From the NCBI GenBank assembly GCA_036840065.1, contig DAITZZ010000005.1, positions 4,104 to 68,103 of the forward strand: a DNA stretch of 64,000 nt. Direction: 5' to 3'. The position numbers were made by a program, and so were the translations under genes. Shown piece by piece: positions 44,483 through 54,479 of this stretch (the stretch's first letter is position 1; the number at the start of each line of letters is the position of its first letter). Below the pieces are notes generated by a model. That model searched no databases and was not told the origin of the DNA. It saw only the letters and a list, made by a program, of their open reading frames with translations. The stretch comes from a bacterium (GTDB lineage: Bacteria; Bacteroidota; Ignavibacteria; Kapaibacteriales; Kapaibacteriaceae).

Positions 44483-47037
44483 ATGATCAGCGGCATATTC
44501 ACTGACCCTTCCTCTGCGGTGAGTCTCAGCAGGTACCTGCCGGCAGCAATGGGTGGCAGGTGAATTGTGATCATCGGCGGCGTCGGACCCGCAAACTCTC
44601 CGGCAGCGACGGTCATGCCGAGTGCATCCATCACGGACCAGTCAAGCCCCCTGGCAAGTGACTCGCCAAGGTCTACCGTCACGACATCGTCCGCTGGATT
44701 CGGGTGCGCCTGGAAGCGGTCGCGACCAAGAAACCGCACGGCTCGACGTGAAGAACCGCAGGGCATTCCGACAGTAAGCCTTCCCGTATCGGCTCGAGTG
44801 GCTGGCCCACCGAGCGGACGGTTCCACACAGCCTGCTCGATCGTGATCGGACACTCAGAGATGCCCGCCAGAAGTGTCGTACCGTCAAGCTCTGCAATGA
44901 CAGACGACAGCTGCGTGATTTCGACCGAGGGAATCGTCAGCTCGATAAGACGCAGTGATCGATTAGGATCAATTGTTGAACCGGTGATCGTGGCCCCACG
45001 AGCTGTTGTCGCGTCAAACAGCCGAGCGTCAATTCCAATCACAAGACGCAGCCCAACACCACGAATGTCCGCCGTGGGTGTTTCTAACCGCGCCCCAATC
45101 GGAATCGTGACGAACTCGGCCGGCCGAGCGGTGCTGACCTGTGGTAGTGAAAAGATCACTCGATCAGCTGTAACATCAGCAGAGGTTCGAATGAATGCTG
45201 TTGCCGTGCACGGAGAGCTCACCTCGAGCCGGATACTGTCACGCAGCGACATCACTCTGCTGGCAAGAAACTCAAGATCCACACGTGCAGAGTCGCCCGG
45301 CAGCACTACGATCGGTGGAGCATTGCCAATGACGCGCACGTCAGGGGGCGGAAGTATCTGCGAAACCGAAATTGATTCGGTGTTGACGTTGCGGATGACA
45401 AAGCTGGAGCGAAGATTTACTCCGATCTCTGTCGTACCGAAGTTTACGTCAGGACCCGCAACGATCCGGGCGCTGCGAACGCCAACGTCAACCGACTGCG
45501 GCGGACGCACGCAACCGGCGCTATCGGAGACGGTCACTGCATAGCGACCCGCCGAACGAACGCTGATCACTCGACCACTCTCACCGGTACTCCAGCGATA
45601 GTCAGCAAAGCCATCGCTGGCCGTCAGCACCACCGTATTGCCGTCGCAGACGGTATCGGCGCCGGCAATGCTGAGTACAGGGTTGGTTGGCATTCTCCAT
45701 GAAAATGGCGTTACCACGATGCCGGAGTCACCAGCGGTGGCACCCCAGGGTCGACGAAACACACTTGGTCCGGTTTCGAACGACACATGCACGCCCGGCA
45801 GGCCCCCGGCGGCAAGAACGGAGATGTTCGGGTTGGATCGCGGGATCAAGGCAATGCCACCCCCGCCGCCGCCGCCCGGACCATTGGGCTGGTACCGCGC
45901 GCCAACGTGCCCGCCGTTGCCGCCGCGCACGTCGATCGTCAGCATGCCAACGATCTGCTGTGCCTCCACCATAACGCTGCCCCCGCCGCCGCCGCCACCC
46001 GTCCCGTCGCCGGGCTCAAGAGCAACACCATTGCGCCAGGCCGACGTGTCGCGGACGGTTTCGCCCTGACTCAGCAGCTTACCCGTGGTGGGCACGATGA
46101 TCTGCGCACGGATCATGACGATCCCGCCACCATGAGCACCCGCCGTGCCCTGGTTGTTGTTCTGATGTCCGCCACCTCCGCCCCCTCCCATGAAGAGACG
46201 TTGCTGAGCAACGTATCTGGCAAGACCGCCGCCGGCACGTCCGCCTGAACCGATATACGGGTCGCAAAGTGATGACGCATCACCACCGTTGCCGCCGCGT
46301 CCCCCTCCGCCGCCACCTGCACCACCGGCATTTGCACCGTTGCCACCACCACCACCGTTAGCTGCTGAGCCTTTGGCGCAGATGTCCTGACCCGTGGTAC
46401 TTGAGGCAATGTTTTCGCCTTTCTGTCCGCCATCTCCACTTGTCAACGGGGCTGTCCAGACCCGATTGTTGCAGATGTCCTTCTTCACCGACACGCTTCC
46501 GCCGCGGAAGCCACGTGCCGTTGCCGTCACATCCGCGTCGAGCGAGAGGGTCTTATCAACGTCGATCGCCACCACGCCCCCTGTGCGACCATTCCATGGC
46601 TGAGGGACAACGGTGCTCGCGATCTGAGCGTCCACGTGTCGAGACACGCGTACCAGCTGAACACGTCCACGTGGATCATAGGTGTGTACCCAGGGTGCGG
46701 TAAAGATCACCGAATCACCGCTCACACGCTCAACGGTCAGATACTCCATTGCACCGGCACCGTTGAGGTTCACAATGGCACCAAACGTCGAATCATCCTG
46801 TGTGATGATCTCTGCCCCCTGCATCTGGATCATCACCACCCTGTCGCCGCTGGCAAGTATTGTTGCCGAGTCCGCCACTCGCACGGTGCGCAGACACGGG
46901 ACCACCTGCGTCACCTCCAGGTAGCGATTCACGACGCCACGGAGCTGGTCAAAGGTCGGCTGCGACAGTTCCTGCGCATCAAGGCCTGAGGCCATGATGA
47001 CAAGTAAGAGAGCGCCAGTGAGAAGAGATGCGGGCAT
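44473..47037 (-). CDS. Secreted protein with a central oligo-glycine-tract region, Ig-like domains, a cohesin-like module and a T9SS C-terminal sorting domain
   Basis: Signal peptide MPASLLTGALLLVIMASGLDAQ. Gly tracts include NGGGGGNGANAGGAGGGGGGRGGNGG, MGGGGGGGHQ, GTGGGGGGGS and NGPGGGGGGGI. An Ig-like unit is CDGNTVVLTASDGFADYRWSTGESG. The C-terminus is FQAHPNPADDVVTVDL...AAGRYLLRLTAEEGSVNMPLIIQR. Confidence 0.8.
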   Translation of the reverse strand: MPASLLTGALLLVIMASGLDAQELSQPTFDQLRGVVNRYLEVTQVVPCLRTVRVADSATILASGDRVVMIQMQGAEIITQDDSTFGAIVNLNGAGAMEYLTVERVSGDSVIFTAPWVHTYDPRGRVQLVRVSRHVDAQIASTVVPQPWNGRTGGVVAIDVDKTLSLDADVTATARGFRGGSVSVKKDICNNRVWTAPLTSGDGGQKGENIASSTTGQDICAKGSAANGGGGGNGANAGGAGGGGGGRGGNGGDASSLCDPYIGSGGRAGGGLARYVAQQRLFMGGGGGGGHQNNNQGTAGAHGGGIVMIRAQIIVPTTGKLLSQGETVRDTSAWRNGVALEPGDGTGGGGGGGSVMVEAQQIVGMLTIDVRGGNGGHVGARYQPNGPGGGGGGGIALIPRSNPNISVLAAGGLPGVHVSFETGPSVFRRPWGATAGDSGIVVTPFSWRMPTNPVLSIAGADTVCDGNTVVLTASDGFADYRWSTGESGRVISVRSAGRYAVTVSDSAGCVRPPQSVDVGVRSARIVAGPDVNFGTTEIGVNLRSSFVIRNVNTESISVSQILPPPDVRVIGNAPPIVVLPGDSARVDLEFLASRVMSLRDSIRLEVSSPCTATAFIRTSADVTADRVIFSLPQVSTARPAEFVTIPIGARLETPTADIRGVGLRLVIGIDARLFDATTARGATITGSTIDPNRSLRLIELTIPSVEITQLSSVIAELDGTTLLAGISECPITIEQAVWNRPLGGPATRADTGRLTVGMPCGSSRRAVRFLGRDRFQAHPNPADDVVTVDLGESLARGLDWSVMDALGMTVAAGEFAGPTPPMITIHLPPIAAGRYLLRLTAEEGSVNMPLIIQR
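44476..44715 (-). other. T9SS C-terminal sorting domain
   Basis: HPNPADDVVTVDLGESLARGLDWSVMDALGMTVAAGEFAGPTPPMITIHLPPIAAGRYLLRLTAEEGSVNMPLIIQR. Confidence 0.75.
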
Positions 47038-47074
47038 CTTGCGGAATAGCGCAAATTACCCAACTTGGGTTCCT

Positions 47075-48016
47075 ATGCGGGTGATACGTCCAGTAGCTCT
47101 ACCACGGAATGCCACGATCGGCATCGTCTCTCCTTCGTCGCCACAGCGCGATGAGGCACGACTTCAGCGCGGCATTCGCTACCTCCAATCGCTCGGATAC
47201 TCGGTCAAACTCGGCACTCACGTGCTTGCAACGCACGGTGGCTACCTGGCCGGCACGGATGAGCAGCGAGCAGAGGATCTGCATGCCATGTTTCGCGATC
47301 CGCAGGTTGATGCCGTCTTCTGCGCAAGGGGCGGATACGGATGTGCAAGGTTATTGCCTCTGCTGGACTTCTCGGTCTTCCGCCGACATCCGAAGATCTT
47401 CGTTGGCTTCAGTGATGTTACCGTTCTGCAAATGGCGCTGCTTAAGCGTACCGGGCTTGTGACGTTCAGCGGCGCAATGCCCAGTGTTGATATGGCAGAT
47501 GGTTTTGATCCCCGATCAGAAGAGCAGTTCTGGCGCGTTCTCACTTCACGTCGACCCTTGGGCACTCTCTACCAGCCGAATCCGCTTGGCGTGATTCGTC
47601 GCGGCGACGCACGCGGTCGACTCATGGGTGGCAATCTGAGCGTGCTCGTGAGTCTGCTTGGCACCGGATATCTGCCACCACTCGGCAACTCCATTCTTGC
47701 GCTCGAAGACGTTGGCGAGGCAACATATCGCATTGATCGAATGCTCGTTCAGCTGGCCTATGCAACGCGTGCGATGCCGGCCGCCGGGACGGTGTACGGT
47801 TCATGGTCGCAGCCTCACGCGTCGGCGCATTCAACACCGCACCGCGATGTGCATGATGTCCTCAGCGAACGAATGGATCTGGCTTCGGGTCCGATCCTCA
47901 GTGGTCTGATGTATGGTCATCAGGCGGAGAAGTTCACTCTGCCTCTTGGTGTGGAGGCCCGACTGCGCTCGGCACGGGGCGGATCGCTGAGTCTGCTCGA
48001 AGCCGCCGTCGTCTGA
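47075..48016 (+). CDS. ldcA: LD-carboxypeptidase (peptidase S66, muramoyltetrapeptide carboxypeptidase-like)
   Basis: IGIVSPSS, ARGGYG and nucleophile context VGFSDVTVLQ. The ATG at 47075 avoids overlap with the divergent gene. Confidence 0.85.
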   Translation: MRVIRPVALPRNATIGIVSPSSPQRDEARLQRGIRYLQSLGYSVKLGTHVLATHGGYLAGTDEQRAEDLHAMFRDPQVDAVFCARGGYGCARLLPLLDFSVFRRHPKIFVGFSDVTVLQMALLKRTGLVTFSGAMPSVDMADGFDPRSEEQFWRVLTSRRPLGTLYQPNPLGVIRRGDARGRLMGGNLSVLVSLLGTGYLPPLGNSILALEDVGEATYRIDRMLVQLAYATRAMPAAGTVYGSWSQPHASAHSTPHRDVHDVLSERMDLASGPILSGLMYGHQAEKFTLPLGVEARLRSARGGSLSLLEAAVV

Positions 48017-48023
48017 GTACGGC

Positions 48024-48935
48024 CTACACCGACGTCGTGGGCAGCTGTCCTGCTCGATGAATACGATCGACCAGCACGCCGATCACATCATGCAGTTTCG
48101 GCAGGGGGCGAGCGGCCAACCGCTCGACAAGCTCGCGGTACGTCTGGCTCTCAAACAGTGAACCGTAGAGGACAACTTCCACGTTCGCAGGAACGTTCTG
48201 AAGCAGCAGCGCAAGCTCTCGCGCCCCCTCCTGACGGATCTCGATCGCCGCGGCATCACCCTCGTCGGCATAGTACAGAACTGCCTGAGCCAAACGTGCC
48301 ATCCGTGACGGATCGGATCGACGCAGTGCGTTCCGCACCGCATCGTGATCGTCGGCATCGACGCGCAGCAAACTCGCCACCGGACGGATCAGCAGCGTTT
48401 CGGGTCCGCGCCCATCGAGCATGCGGGCAACCGCTCCGGATGCCCGGCGTCCTAACCAGTACCCACCACCGGCGTCGTCGACCGCGTGACCCCAGCCGCC
48501 AACACGCTGCAACAGACCATCAGCATCGCGCATCAGCATCATCGAGCCCGTTCCACCGATAAGGACAGCTCCAACATCAGTGCCAAAGGCAGACGTCAGA
48601 AGCAGCTCAGCATCGGATAAGAGAACCAATGGTACATGGTCGGTCGAAACGTACTGCGTCCAGGCCGACATGAACGCGTCGCTGTACTCATATCTCTCAC
48701 GCTCCGACCATACTCCCGCCATGCCGACGATGACGCCATCGAGCATGACGTCGGCCTCATCGACGGCGGTATGTGTGCCGAGAAATGAACCGAGCATAAG
48801 GCATAACTGGTCGGTTCGGAGATCGCCCCGAAGGGGCTTGACCGAGGGTAGCTCAGCGCGGGCAGCGATCCGCCCGTCAACACAGAGAGCAACGTCAGTG
48901 CCGGTTGCTCCGCCATCGACCACCAGCAGACGCAT
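48024..48935 (-). CDS. BadF/BadG/BcrA/BcrD-type ATPase, N-acetylglucosamine-kinase-like
   Basis: LLVVDGGATGTDVAL and LIGGTGSM phosphate motifs of the ASKHA sugar-kinase subgroup. The ATG at 48935 abuts the upstream stop. Confidence 0.72.
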   Translation of the reverse strand: MRLLVVDGGATGTDVALCVDGRIAARAELPSVKPLRGDLRTDQLCLMLGSFLGTHTAVDEADVMLDGVIVGMAGVWSERERYEYSDAFMSAWTQYVSTDHVPLVLLSDAELLLTSAFGTDVGAVLIGGTGSMMLMRDADGLLQRVGGWGHAVDDAGGGYWLGRRASGAVARMLDGRGPETLLIRPVASLLRVDADDHDAVRNALRRSDPSRMARLAQAVLYYADEGDAAAIEIRQEGARELALLLQNVPANVEVVLYGSLFESQTYRELVERLAARPLPKLHDVIGVLVDRIHRAGQLPTTSV

Positions 48936-48937
48936 TG

Positions 48938-49723
48938 CTACGAGTCGGCGCGAGGAGGCGTCCATGAGCCCCGTTTCCACGACTGCAACTCAATGGTCAC
49001 CGAGCCGACATAGACCTTCATCTTGGCCTTGATTGGCACGCGGGCATTGTCATCGCTGAACCAGCCCTCAAAGAGACCACTAAGGCCATAGATACCGGTC
49101 CAGTTGGCCTGACCATCCAGATAGAGCGTCTTGACCGGGTAGTTGACGGCATCGATCTCCACCGAGCTCTTGGTGCCACGGAAGTTGACGACGGTGTTCA
49201 CCGTGTCTTCCATAATGATCGTTGGCAGGCGGATGGTCTTCTTCGCACCGACAAGGTTCCGTGCCGTGAACAGCAGAGAGCTGCCATCATTGTAACGCTT
49301 AGCGATCGTGTAGGACTTCGATCCTACCTTCTGCTTTTCGCGAAACTTGTCCATCACCAGGGTTCTACTCGGATAGTCCAGGACATACTGATCGAACTCC
49401 CACTTGCCGCCTTCGATCTCCGTATTGGCCGTAAAATGGCGCGAGTAGGTGATCGACGTATCCATCCAGGACTCGTAGATCGAATTCAGCGACACAAAGG
49501 GAATGTTTGGACTGGACTTTATAAAGACCTTTACCTTTGCAACGCGCTCACCATTTCGGGTGGTATATCCTTCTACCACGGACTTAATGGTGCCGAGCGT
49601 GATGTTCAAGTACGAAACTCGGTATGTGAGCTCTTCGCCGGGAAAGATCAGATCCTGTGCATTGCTACGTGCTGCTCCAAAGGCAATCAGCACAAAAAGG
49701 CAGAGAAATGATAGATGCTTCAT
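48938..49723 (-). CDS. DUF3108-like secreted protein
   Basis: Signal peptide MKHLSFLCLFVLIAFGAARSNAQ, then FPGEELTYRVSYLNITLGTIKSVV, typical of DUF3108. Confidence 0.65.
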   Translation of the reverse strand: MKHLSFLCLFVLIAFGAARSNAQDLIFPGEELTYRVSYLNITLGTIKSVVEGYTTRNGERVAKVKVFIKSSPNIPFVSLNSIYESWMDTSITYSRHFTANTEIEGGKWEFDQYVLDYPSRTLVMDKFREKQKVGSKSYTIAKRYNDGSSLLFTARNLVGAKKTIRLPTIIMEDTVNTVVNFRGTKSSVEIDAVNYPVKTLYLDGQANWTGIYGLSGLFEGWFSDDNARVPIKAKMKVYVGSVTIELQSWKRGSWTPPRADS

Positions 49724-49763
49724 GAAGGGGCGGGAATAGTGCGCAGATGTTTGTGTCGGATCC

Positions 49764-51383
49764 TTAACGGACGCGAGCGATCTTCATGGCCTCGGGGAAA
49801 AGCGTGAGCGCTTTCTTGACCTGCTTGTCCATGGAGAGCATCACCGAAGTAAAGCCATTGTTGTTGAAGACCGTGCGGCCGACGTAGGCCTTGATGGCAA
49901 GACGGAGATACTCTGAATCCTCCGTGTACTGCGCGTCATCCCACTCGATGGACTTTTCCTTTGCCAGATCCTTCAGCCGGTCCATGTCGGCCTGACTGAC
50001 GGAAAACTCGCGCATGAACTTGGCCATGTTGGCTCCGTACGTAGCCCGAATATCCTTACCACGGGTCCGCATGATCTGGTCGGCCATCTCCCAGAAGAGG
50101 TTCTTGGAGCGGATCGCACGCGAGAGCTTATTGATCGTATCCTGCTTAACGATGTAATCCGGTGTGATACCGCCACCACCGAGCACTGTGCGGCCGCTTG
50201 CCGTCTTGAACTTCGGACGAGACTTTGTGGAGTCGTCGCTGGTGTGGTCGATATTGTCGCCCTCCTCACCCTCATCACGGCCTTCACCGGCGTAGTACTT
50301 GTCCTTATCGTCATACGGACGCTGGATCAATCGTCCCGACGGGGTGTAATAGCGTGAAATCGTCAGACGGAAGGCCGAACCGTCACCGAGCGGATACTGG
50401 CGCTGGACAAGCCCCTTTCCAAACGATGTCTCACCGACGACCAGACCACGGTCCAGATCCTGTATGGCGCCGGAAACGATCTCGCTGGCCGATGCTGAAC
50501 CACCGTTAACCAGAACGATCAGAGGAATATTCTCCAGCACACCCCCGGGGGTTGACCAGAAGTCTTCATCAAATTCCGGACGACGGCCCTTGGTGTAAAC
50601 GAGTTTGTTTCCATCGGAAATGAACTCGTCCGAGATCTTGAAAGCCTGATCAAGGTATCCACCGGGGTTATAGCGCAGATCGAAGAGCAGCTTTTTCATG
50701 CCCTGATTGCGCAGCACGCGCGCGGCATTGAGTACTTCCTCGTGCGTTGTGGCCATGAAGCGGTTAACCGTGATGTATCCAACATCGGTCCCCTCGATCA
50801 TGAAGTAGGCATCAACCGAGTTCACGGGGATCTTGTCGCGGATCACGTCGAACACCAGAAGATCTTTCTCTCCCGAACGCTTGATATGCAGCTTAACAAC
50901 GGTGCCCTTCGGTCCGCGCAGTTTCTTCGGTACCTGCTCACGTGTGACCTTCACGGATGACGTATCGTTGATCTTCACGATCTTGTCGCCGGCCATGATG
51001 CCGAGCGCCTCGCTCGGTCCGCCGATGATCGGCGTTACCACCGTGATCGTATCGCTGATAACATCGAACTCAACACCGATGCCTTCGAAGGAGCCACGGA
51101 AGTCTTCTTCGACCTTGACCATCTCCTTGGCGGTGATATAGACCGAGTGCGGATCGAGCTCCTTGAGCATCCCACGGATGGCCGCTTCGGTCAGCTTCTG
51201 CGTGTCGACGTCTTCGACGTAATTCTTCACGGCCATCGACAGCACGTCGGAGAACTTCCGCGTCTGATCCATGACCGAGTCACCCGAAAGGACGGGCTGA
51301 ACGACGAAGCCGAGGCCGATGCCGAAGAGAACGGCAAAGGCGGTGATGATTGAAAATCTGACGGCGGGTTTCTTCATGGGCAT
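49764..51383 (-). CDS. ctpA: Carboxyl-terminal processing peptidase (S41 family) with PDZ domain
   Basis: LVNGGSASASEIVSGAIQDLDRGLVVGETSFGKGLVQ (Ser/Lys dyad region), with PDZ GIMAGDKIVKIND. Confidence 0.93.
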   Translation of the reverse strand: MPMKKPAVRFSIITAFAVLFGIGLGFVVQPVLSGDSVMDQTRKFSDVLSMAVKNYVEDVDTQKLTEAAIRGMLKELDPHSVYITAKEMVKVEEDFRGSFEGIGVEFDVISDTITVVTPIIGGPSEALGIMAGDKIVKINDTSSVKVTREQVPKKLRGPKGTVVKLHIKRSGEKDLLVFDVIRDKIPVNSVDAYFMIEGTDVGYITVNRFMATTHEEVLNAARVLRNQGMKKLLFDLRYNPGGYLDQAFKISDEFISDGNKLVYTKGRRPEFDEDFWSTPGGVLENIPLIVLVNGGSASASEIVSGAIQDLDRGLVVGETSFGKGLVQRQYPLGDGSAFRLTISRYYTPSGRLIQRPYDDKDKYYAGEGRDEGEEGDNIDHTSDDSTKSRPKFKTASGRTVLGGGGITPDYIVKQDTINKLSRAIRSKNLFWEMADQIMRTRGKDIRATYGANMAKFMREFSVSQADMDRLKDLAKEKSIEWDDAQYTEDSEYLRLAIKAYVGRTVFNNNGFTSVMLSMDKQVKKALTLFPEAMKIARVR

Positions 51384-51400
51384 TGCGAGCGTACGGGACG

Positions 51401-51408
51401 CAAAACTA
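51401..51408 (-). promoter_or_regulatory. TAnnTTTG (-7 type) box upstream of ctpA
   Basis: The minus strand reads TAGTTTTG, 17 nt upstream of the ctpA ATG (51383). Confidence 0.4.
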
Positions 51409-51458
51409 CGGAAAGGAATTCCGACAATTGACGGACAGGGGGCGTGTGGAGTGTGCTA

Positions 51459-54400
51459 TCAGCGGGATATCAGGACCGACACGACCTGCGTGCGGGACGT
51501 CACGATCTGACACGCATAGAGTCCGGCCGGTACTTCCGAGCAGTCGACCTGCACGGCTGATGCCGGCTCGCCGGACCATGAGCGCTCCCATCTGACAACG
51601 CCGGTAACGTCGATCAGGCGGATGGTGGCCGAACGCACATCCGGCTCGGCGAACGTCACCGTGAACCGGTCCTGTGCCGGCTGTGGGGTCACCAGAGCGC
51701 CCGAGAGCTTCCGCACGGAAACCCCCACCGGTACGTCGCACCGCGATAGTCCGGACAGGGTGTTTCTGCGTCCGACACCGTTCAGGATCAGACGCCGCTG
51801 GCGGCAGTTGATCTCAAAATCAACGGTGTCGCTGAGCACTTTTGATGTGTCGCCCACGATCGGGCTGAAGCAGACAACAAGAGCCCCCTTCCCGCCGTTG
51901 GAGGCGAGACTGATGCCGAACTGACCCTGAGGGGCGCTGAAGATCGTGTTGCTGCGCAGATAGACGTTCGGGATGTTCAGTCCAAGAATGCCAAGGTTTT
52001 CCAGAGGAAGCGTGTCGCAAGCCATCGAACCGATGACGGTTGTATCAAAGGCATGGCGAACCACCGAGTCGATCACCCCGTCGATGGACATGCGAAATCC
52101 CGGGATGGTATCGATGATCCTGGATACATTACCGATCGAATCGACCGCCTCGAAGCCATAGATGACATCGGCATACCGGTCAAACGGTTTGACCGCGTAC
52201 TTGCGGATCAGCACCTCGCCGGCATCGCTGATGATGTTCACCGAGCAGTTCAGCAGAACCGAATCCAGGATGGTTACCGATCGCAGTCCCAGATCCGATG
52301 AGCGCTCGTCAGAGATCGTGACGATCGTGACACTGTCGCACACATCCACATCGCGTTGTACCTCAGGCCCCCGTTCGTCAAGGCGCTCTTCAAAGGTCAT
52401 CACGGCCACCGGCCGCTGAAGACATGAATCACTGAAAACCAGCGTATCGCTCGTGACCTGCTCGGCGGTGCCGGCACGACAGTAGCGGAGCACGCGCCGC
52501 TCGCCCGCGGCAAGGGTCATGGGCTGGAGCGCGTCAACGCGCGTTGCACCTCTGAACGAGGCCGTGAAGGTGCGAGAAAACTTGCCATAGTTCTCGATCT
52601 CGATCGAGTCGCAGCGCTCGCGGCCGACGGCCACAACGGAGGACCTCTGCGTGAGTGTTGCGCTTGATCCTACGGACGCGATGGCCACGGTAAATCCGGG
52701 GATCTGCACACGGCGGCGTTCTCGTTGTTTCACACCGTCAACGGCGATAAACTCCAGAGATCCGTCCTCATACGGATTCACGAGTCGGACAGCATACCTG
52801 ACAACGCCCTGCGGCGGATTAAACCCGTCAAGCTCAAGAATAGCATTGACGGCTCCGGGCTGGACGTTTATCTCGCGCACCTTGGTGTCGGCGATGACCG
52901 TGTCGACCACCGCTCCGCGGTACACATTACACTCCAGTGCTCCGGAGATCGCCGGAGGATAGACGTCAAGGGGGCGGAAGGCCATGCCGCCGATATAGCC
53001 ATACGATACGGCCTCGCCGTATCCATAGACGTAGATCCCGAATAGTGTATCAGCCTTGATCTCGTGCACACCGTCAGACATACGCACCTGTGCGTAGCTG
53101 AATCCCGAAGATCCGATCGGACGAAACAGCCCCGGGTCCACCGGCGATCCATCGAGCACGAGCGTGCCAATACGATCAGAGGGGATAACGACGTTCATCC
53201 ACTGTTCCAGGTACACCGAGTCGATGATCTCTGCTCTGGTTCCGACAACACGGTACTCGTATGACTGGAGATTGATGAACCGATATGAACTCATGAACTG
53301 TTCGGCCGGGGGAACAAGCATCATGAACGGATCACCGAATTCACGCACATCCGGAACATTCGGCTGTGGAGAATCGCCGCTTGTGGCCTTGTATTGCGCG
53401 GTAAGCGACGGACGTGACGTCGTGATCTCAGATGCGCCCAGAAGTCTTCCCTCGTAGAACTCCCCTGCCATGAGGATGCGGCGTGATTGACCATCAACGA
53501 ATACCTCGGTCGAGTCAAAGCCCGCCACAACGCGGAAGATGTCGTATCCGATACCAAGTTCCGTTGAAGGCAGAGCCATCGGCGTAACAAAGGCACTCTT
53601 CCCCCACGTTCGGACGGGGTTCATCTGTTCGATCAGGCAGTCACGGGAGGCAAGGTCTCCGCGCAGTTCAATCGGCAGGAGCGCTCGGTTATGTCCGGCA
53701 AACACGGCAACCGGCTTGGTAGAACGTATACGCGATCCCGTCAGGTCTCCCCGGGGGTTGGCTCGTGGGTCGGCCTGAACAAGAAATGACTCTCCCTTCT
53801 GGAGGGTAACAGTGAAGGGCTCTGCTGAGGGGTTCCGCGGGGTTGGTGCGGTTGGGTCGATCGTTACAACGGTACTGTCTTCGGTAGCAACGACAGCGAA
53901 TTGCGACGGCGTAGTTGCCGCATTTGCAGAGTTTATAGCGCTGGCAATGTCGGTTGTGTACGACATCACGACGTAATCGTTCGCCACAGCGTCAGTTGGA
54001 AGCACGAGGAATGCTTCACTCGTTAGCGGAGCCTGATTCAGAGCATAGACCGTTACATCATCATCGGCCACAATATGAAAGTGCTGCTGCGCAACACGCT
54101 CATTCTGGGAGGTCAGATAATCGAGTGACGCTCCGCTGCGGGAGATTCCCTTCAGCTCAATGCCATCGTAGAAGATGGCGAATCGGTAGAGAGCCGCGGG
54201 ATTCGTGATGGTAAAAGCTTCCGAGCGGGTGACCCCGGTCTGCGTACGCCAGAAGATTGTTCCCTTCGTGGGACGTTCGGCGCCGATATAGATCTGCAGC
54301 TCATGCTCGAGTCTGCTGGCAGCATCGTTAAGACCCTGCTGCTCACCATTATGAAAGTTCGGCAGGAACGTGAACCAGAAATCGCGACCCTTGCTATCGG

Positions 54401-54479
54401 GCACGTCCTGCGCTGAAACGGGCACGCCCCCTGAAAGAAGCGTGGAAATGATTATGAGTGTCAGCAGAATGTGGTGCAT
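51459..54479 (-). CDS. Secreted adhesin-like protein: N-terminal IgGFc-binding-like domain, Ig-like repeats and a T9SS C-terminal sorting domain
   Basis: Signal peptide then KGRDFWFTFLPNFHNGEQ. GDPFMMLVPPAEQF and FGIYVYGYGEAVSYGYIGGMAF are as in the IgGFc_binding (PF17517-type) domain. The C-terminus is PQPAQDRFTVTF...AGLYACQIVTSRTQVVSVLISR. The ATG at 54479 overlaps the upstream TGA (TGATG). Confidence 0.8.
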   Translation of the reverse strand: MHHILLTLIIISTLLSGGVPVSAQDVPDSKGRDFWFTFLPNFHNGEQQGLNDAASRLEHELQIYIGAERPTKGTIFWRTQTGVTRSEAFTITNPAALYRFAIFYDGIELKGISRSGASLDYLTSQNERVAQQHFHIVADDDVTVYALNQAPLTSEAFLVLPTDAVANDYVVMSYTTDIASAINSANAATTPSQFAVVATEDSTVVTIDPTAPTPRNPSAEPFTVTLQKGESFLVQADPRANPRGDLTGSRIRSTKPVAVFAGHNRALLPIELRGDLASRDCLIEQMNPVRTWGKSAFVTPMALPSTELGIGYDIFRVVAGFDSTEVFVDGQSRRILMAGEFYEGRLLGASEITTSRPSLTAQYKATSGDSPQPNVPDVREFGDPFMMLVPPAEQFMSSYRFINLQSYEYRVVGTRAEIIDSVYLEQWMNVVIPSDRIGTLVLDGSPVDPGLFRPIGSSGFSYAQVRMSDGVHEIKADTLFGIYVYGYGEAVSYGYIGGMAFRPLDVYPPAISGALECNVYRGAVVDTVIADTKVREINVQPGAVNAILELDGFNPPQGVVRYAVRLVNPYEDGSLEFIAVDGVKQRERRRVQIPGFTVAIASVGSSATLTQRSSVVAVGRERCDSIEIENYGKFSRTFTASFRGATRVDALQPMTLAAGERRVLRYCRAGTAEQVTSDTLVFSDSCLQRPVAVMTFEERLDERGPEVQRDVDVCDSVTIVTISDERSSDLGLRSVTILDSVLLNCSVNIISDAGEVLIRKYAVKPFDRYADVIYGFEAVDSIGNVSRIIDTIPGFRMSIDGVIDSVVRHAFDTTVIGSMACDTLPLENLGILGLNIPNVYLRSNTIFSAPQGQFGISLASNGGKGALVVCFSPIVGDTSKVLSDTVDFEINCRQRRLILNGVGRRNTLSGLSRCDVPVGVSVRKLSGALVTPQPAQDRFTVTFAEPDVRSATIRLIDVTGVVRWERSWSGEPASAVQVDCSEVPAGLYACQIVTSRTQVVSVLISR
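51462..51695 (-). other. T9SS C-terminal sorting domain
   Basis: VTPQPAQDRFTVTFAEPDVRSATIRLIDVTGVVRWERSWSGEPASAVQVDCSEVPAGLYACQIVTSRTQVVSVLISR. Confidence 0.7.

Noticed and set aside
45780-46440. Regularly recurring GGC/GCC-rich tracts, the (GCTGGC)n stretch in infB (7694..7745) and the DRGG repeat (202..477), considered as possible CRISPR-like or non-coding repeat arrays.
   Set aside because: All are in frame within long ORFs and translate to Gly, Ala-Pro or Arg-Gly low-complexity peptides. There is no repeat-spacer organisation, and no cas genes are present.
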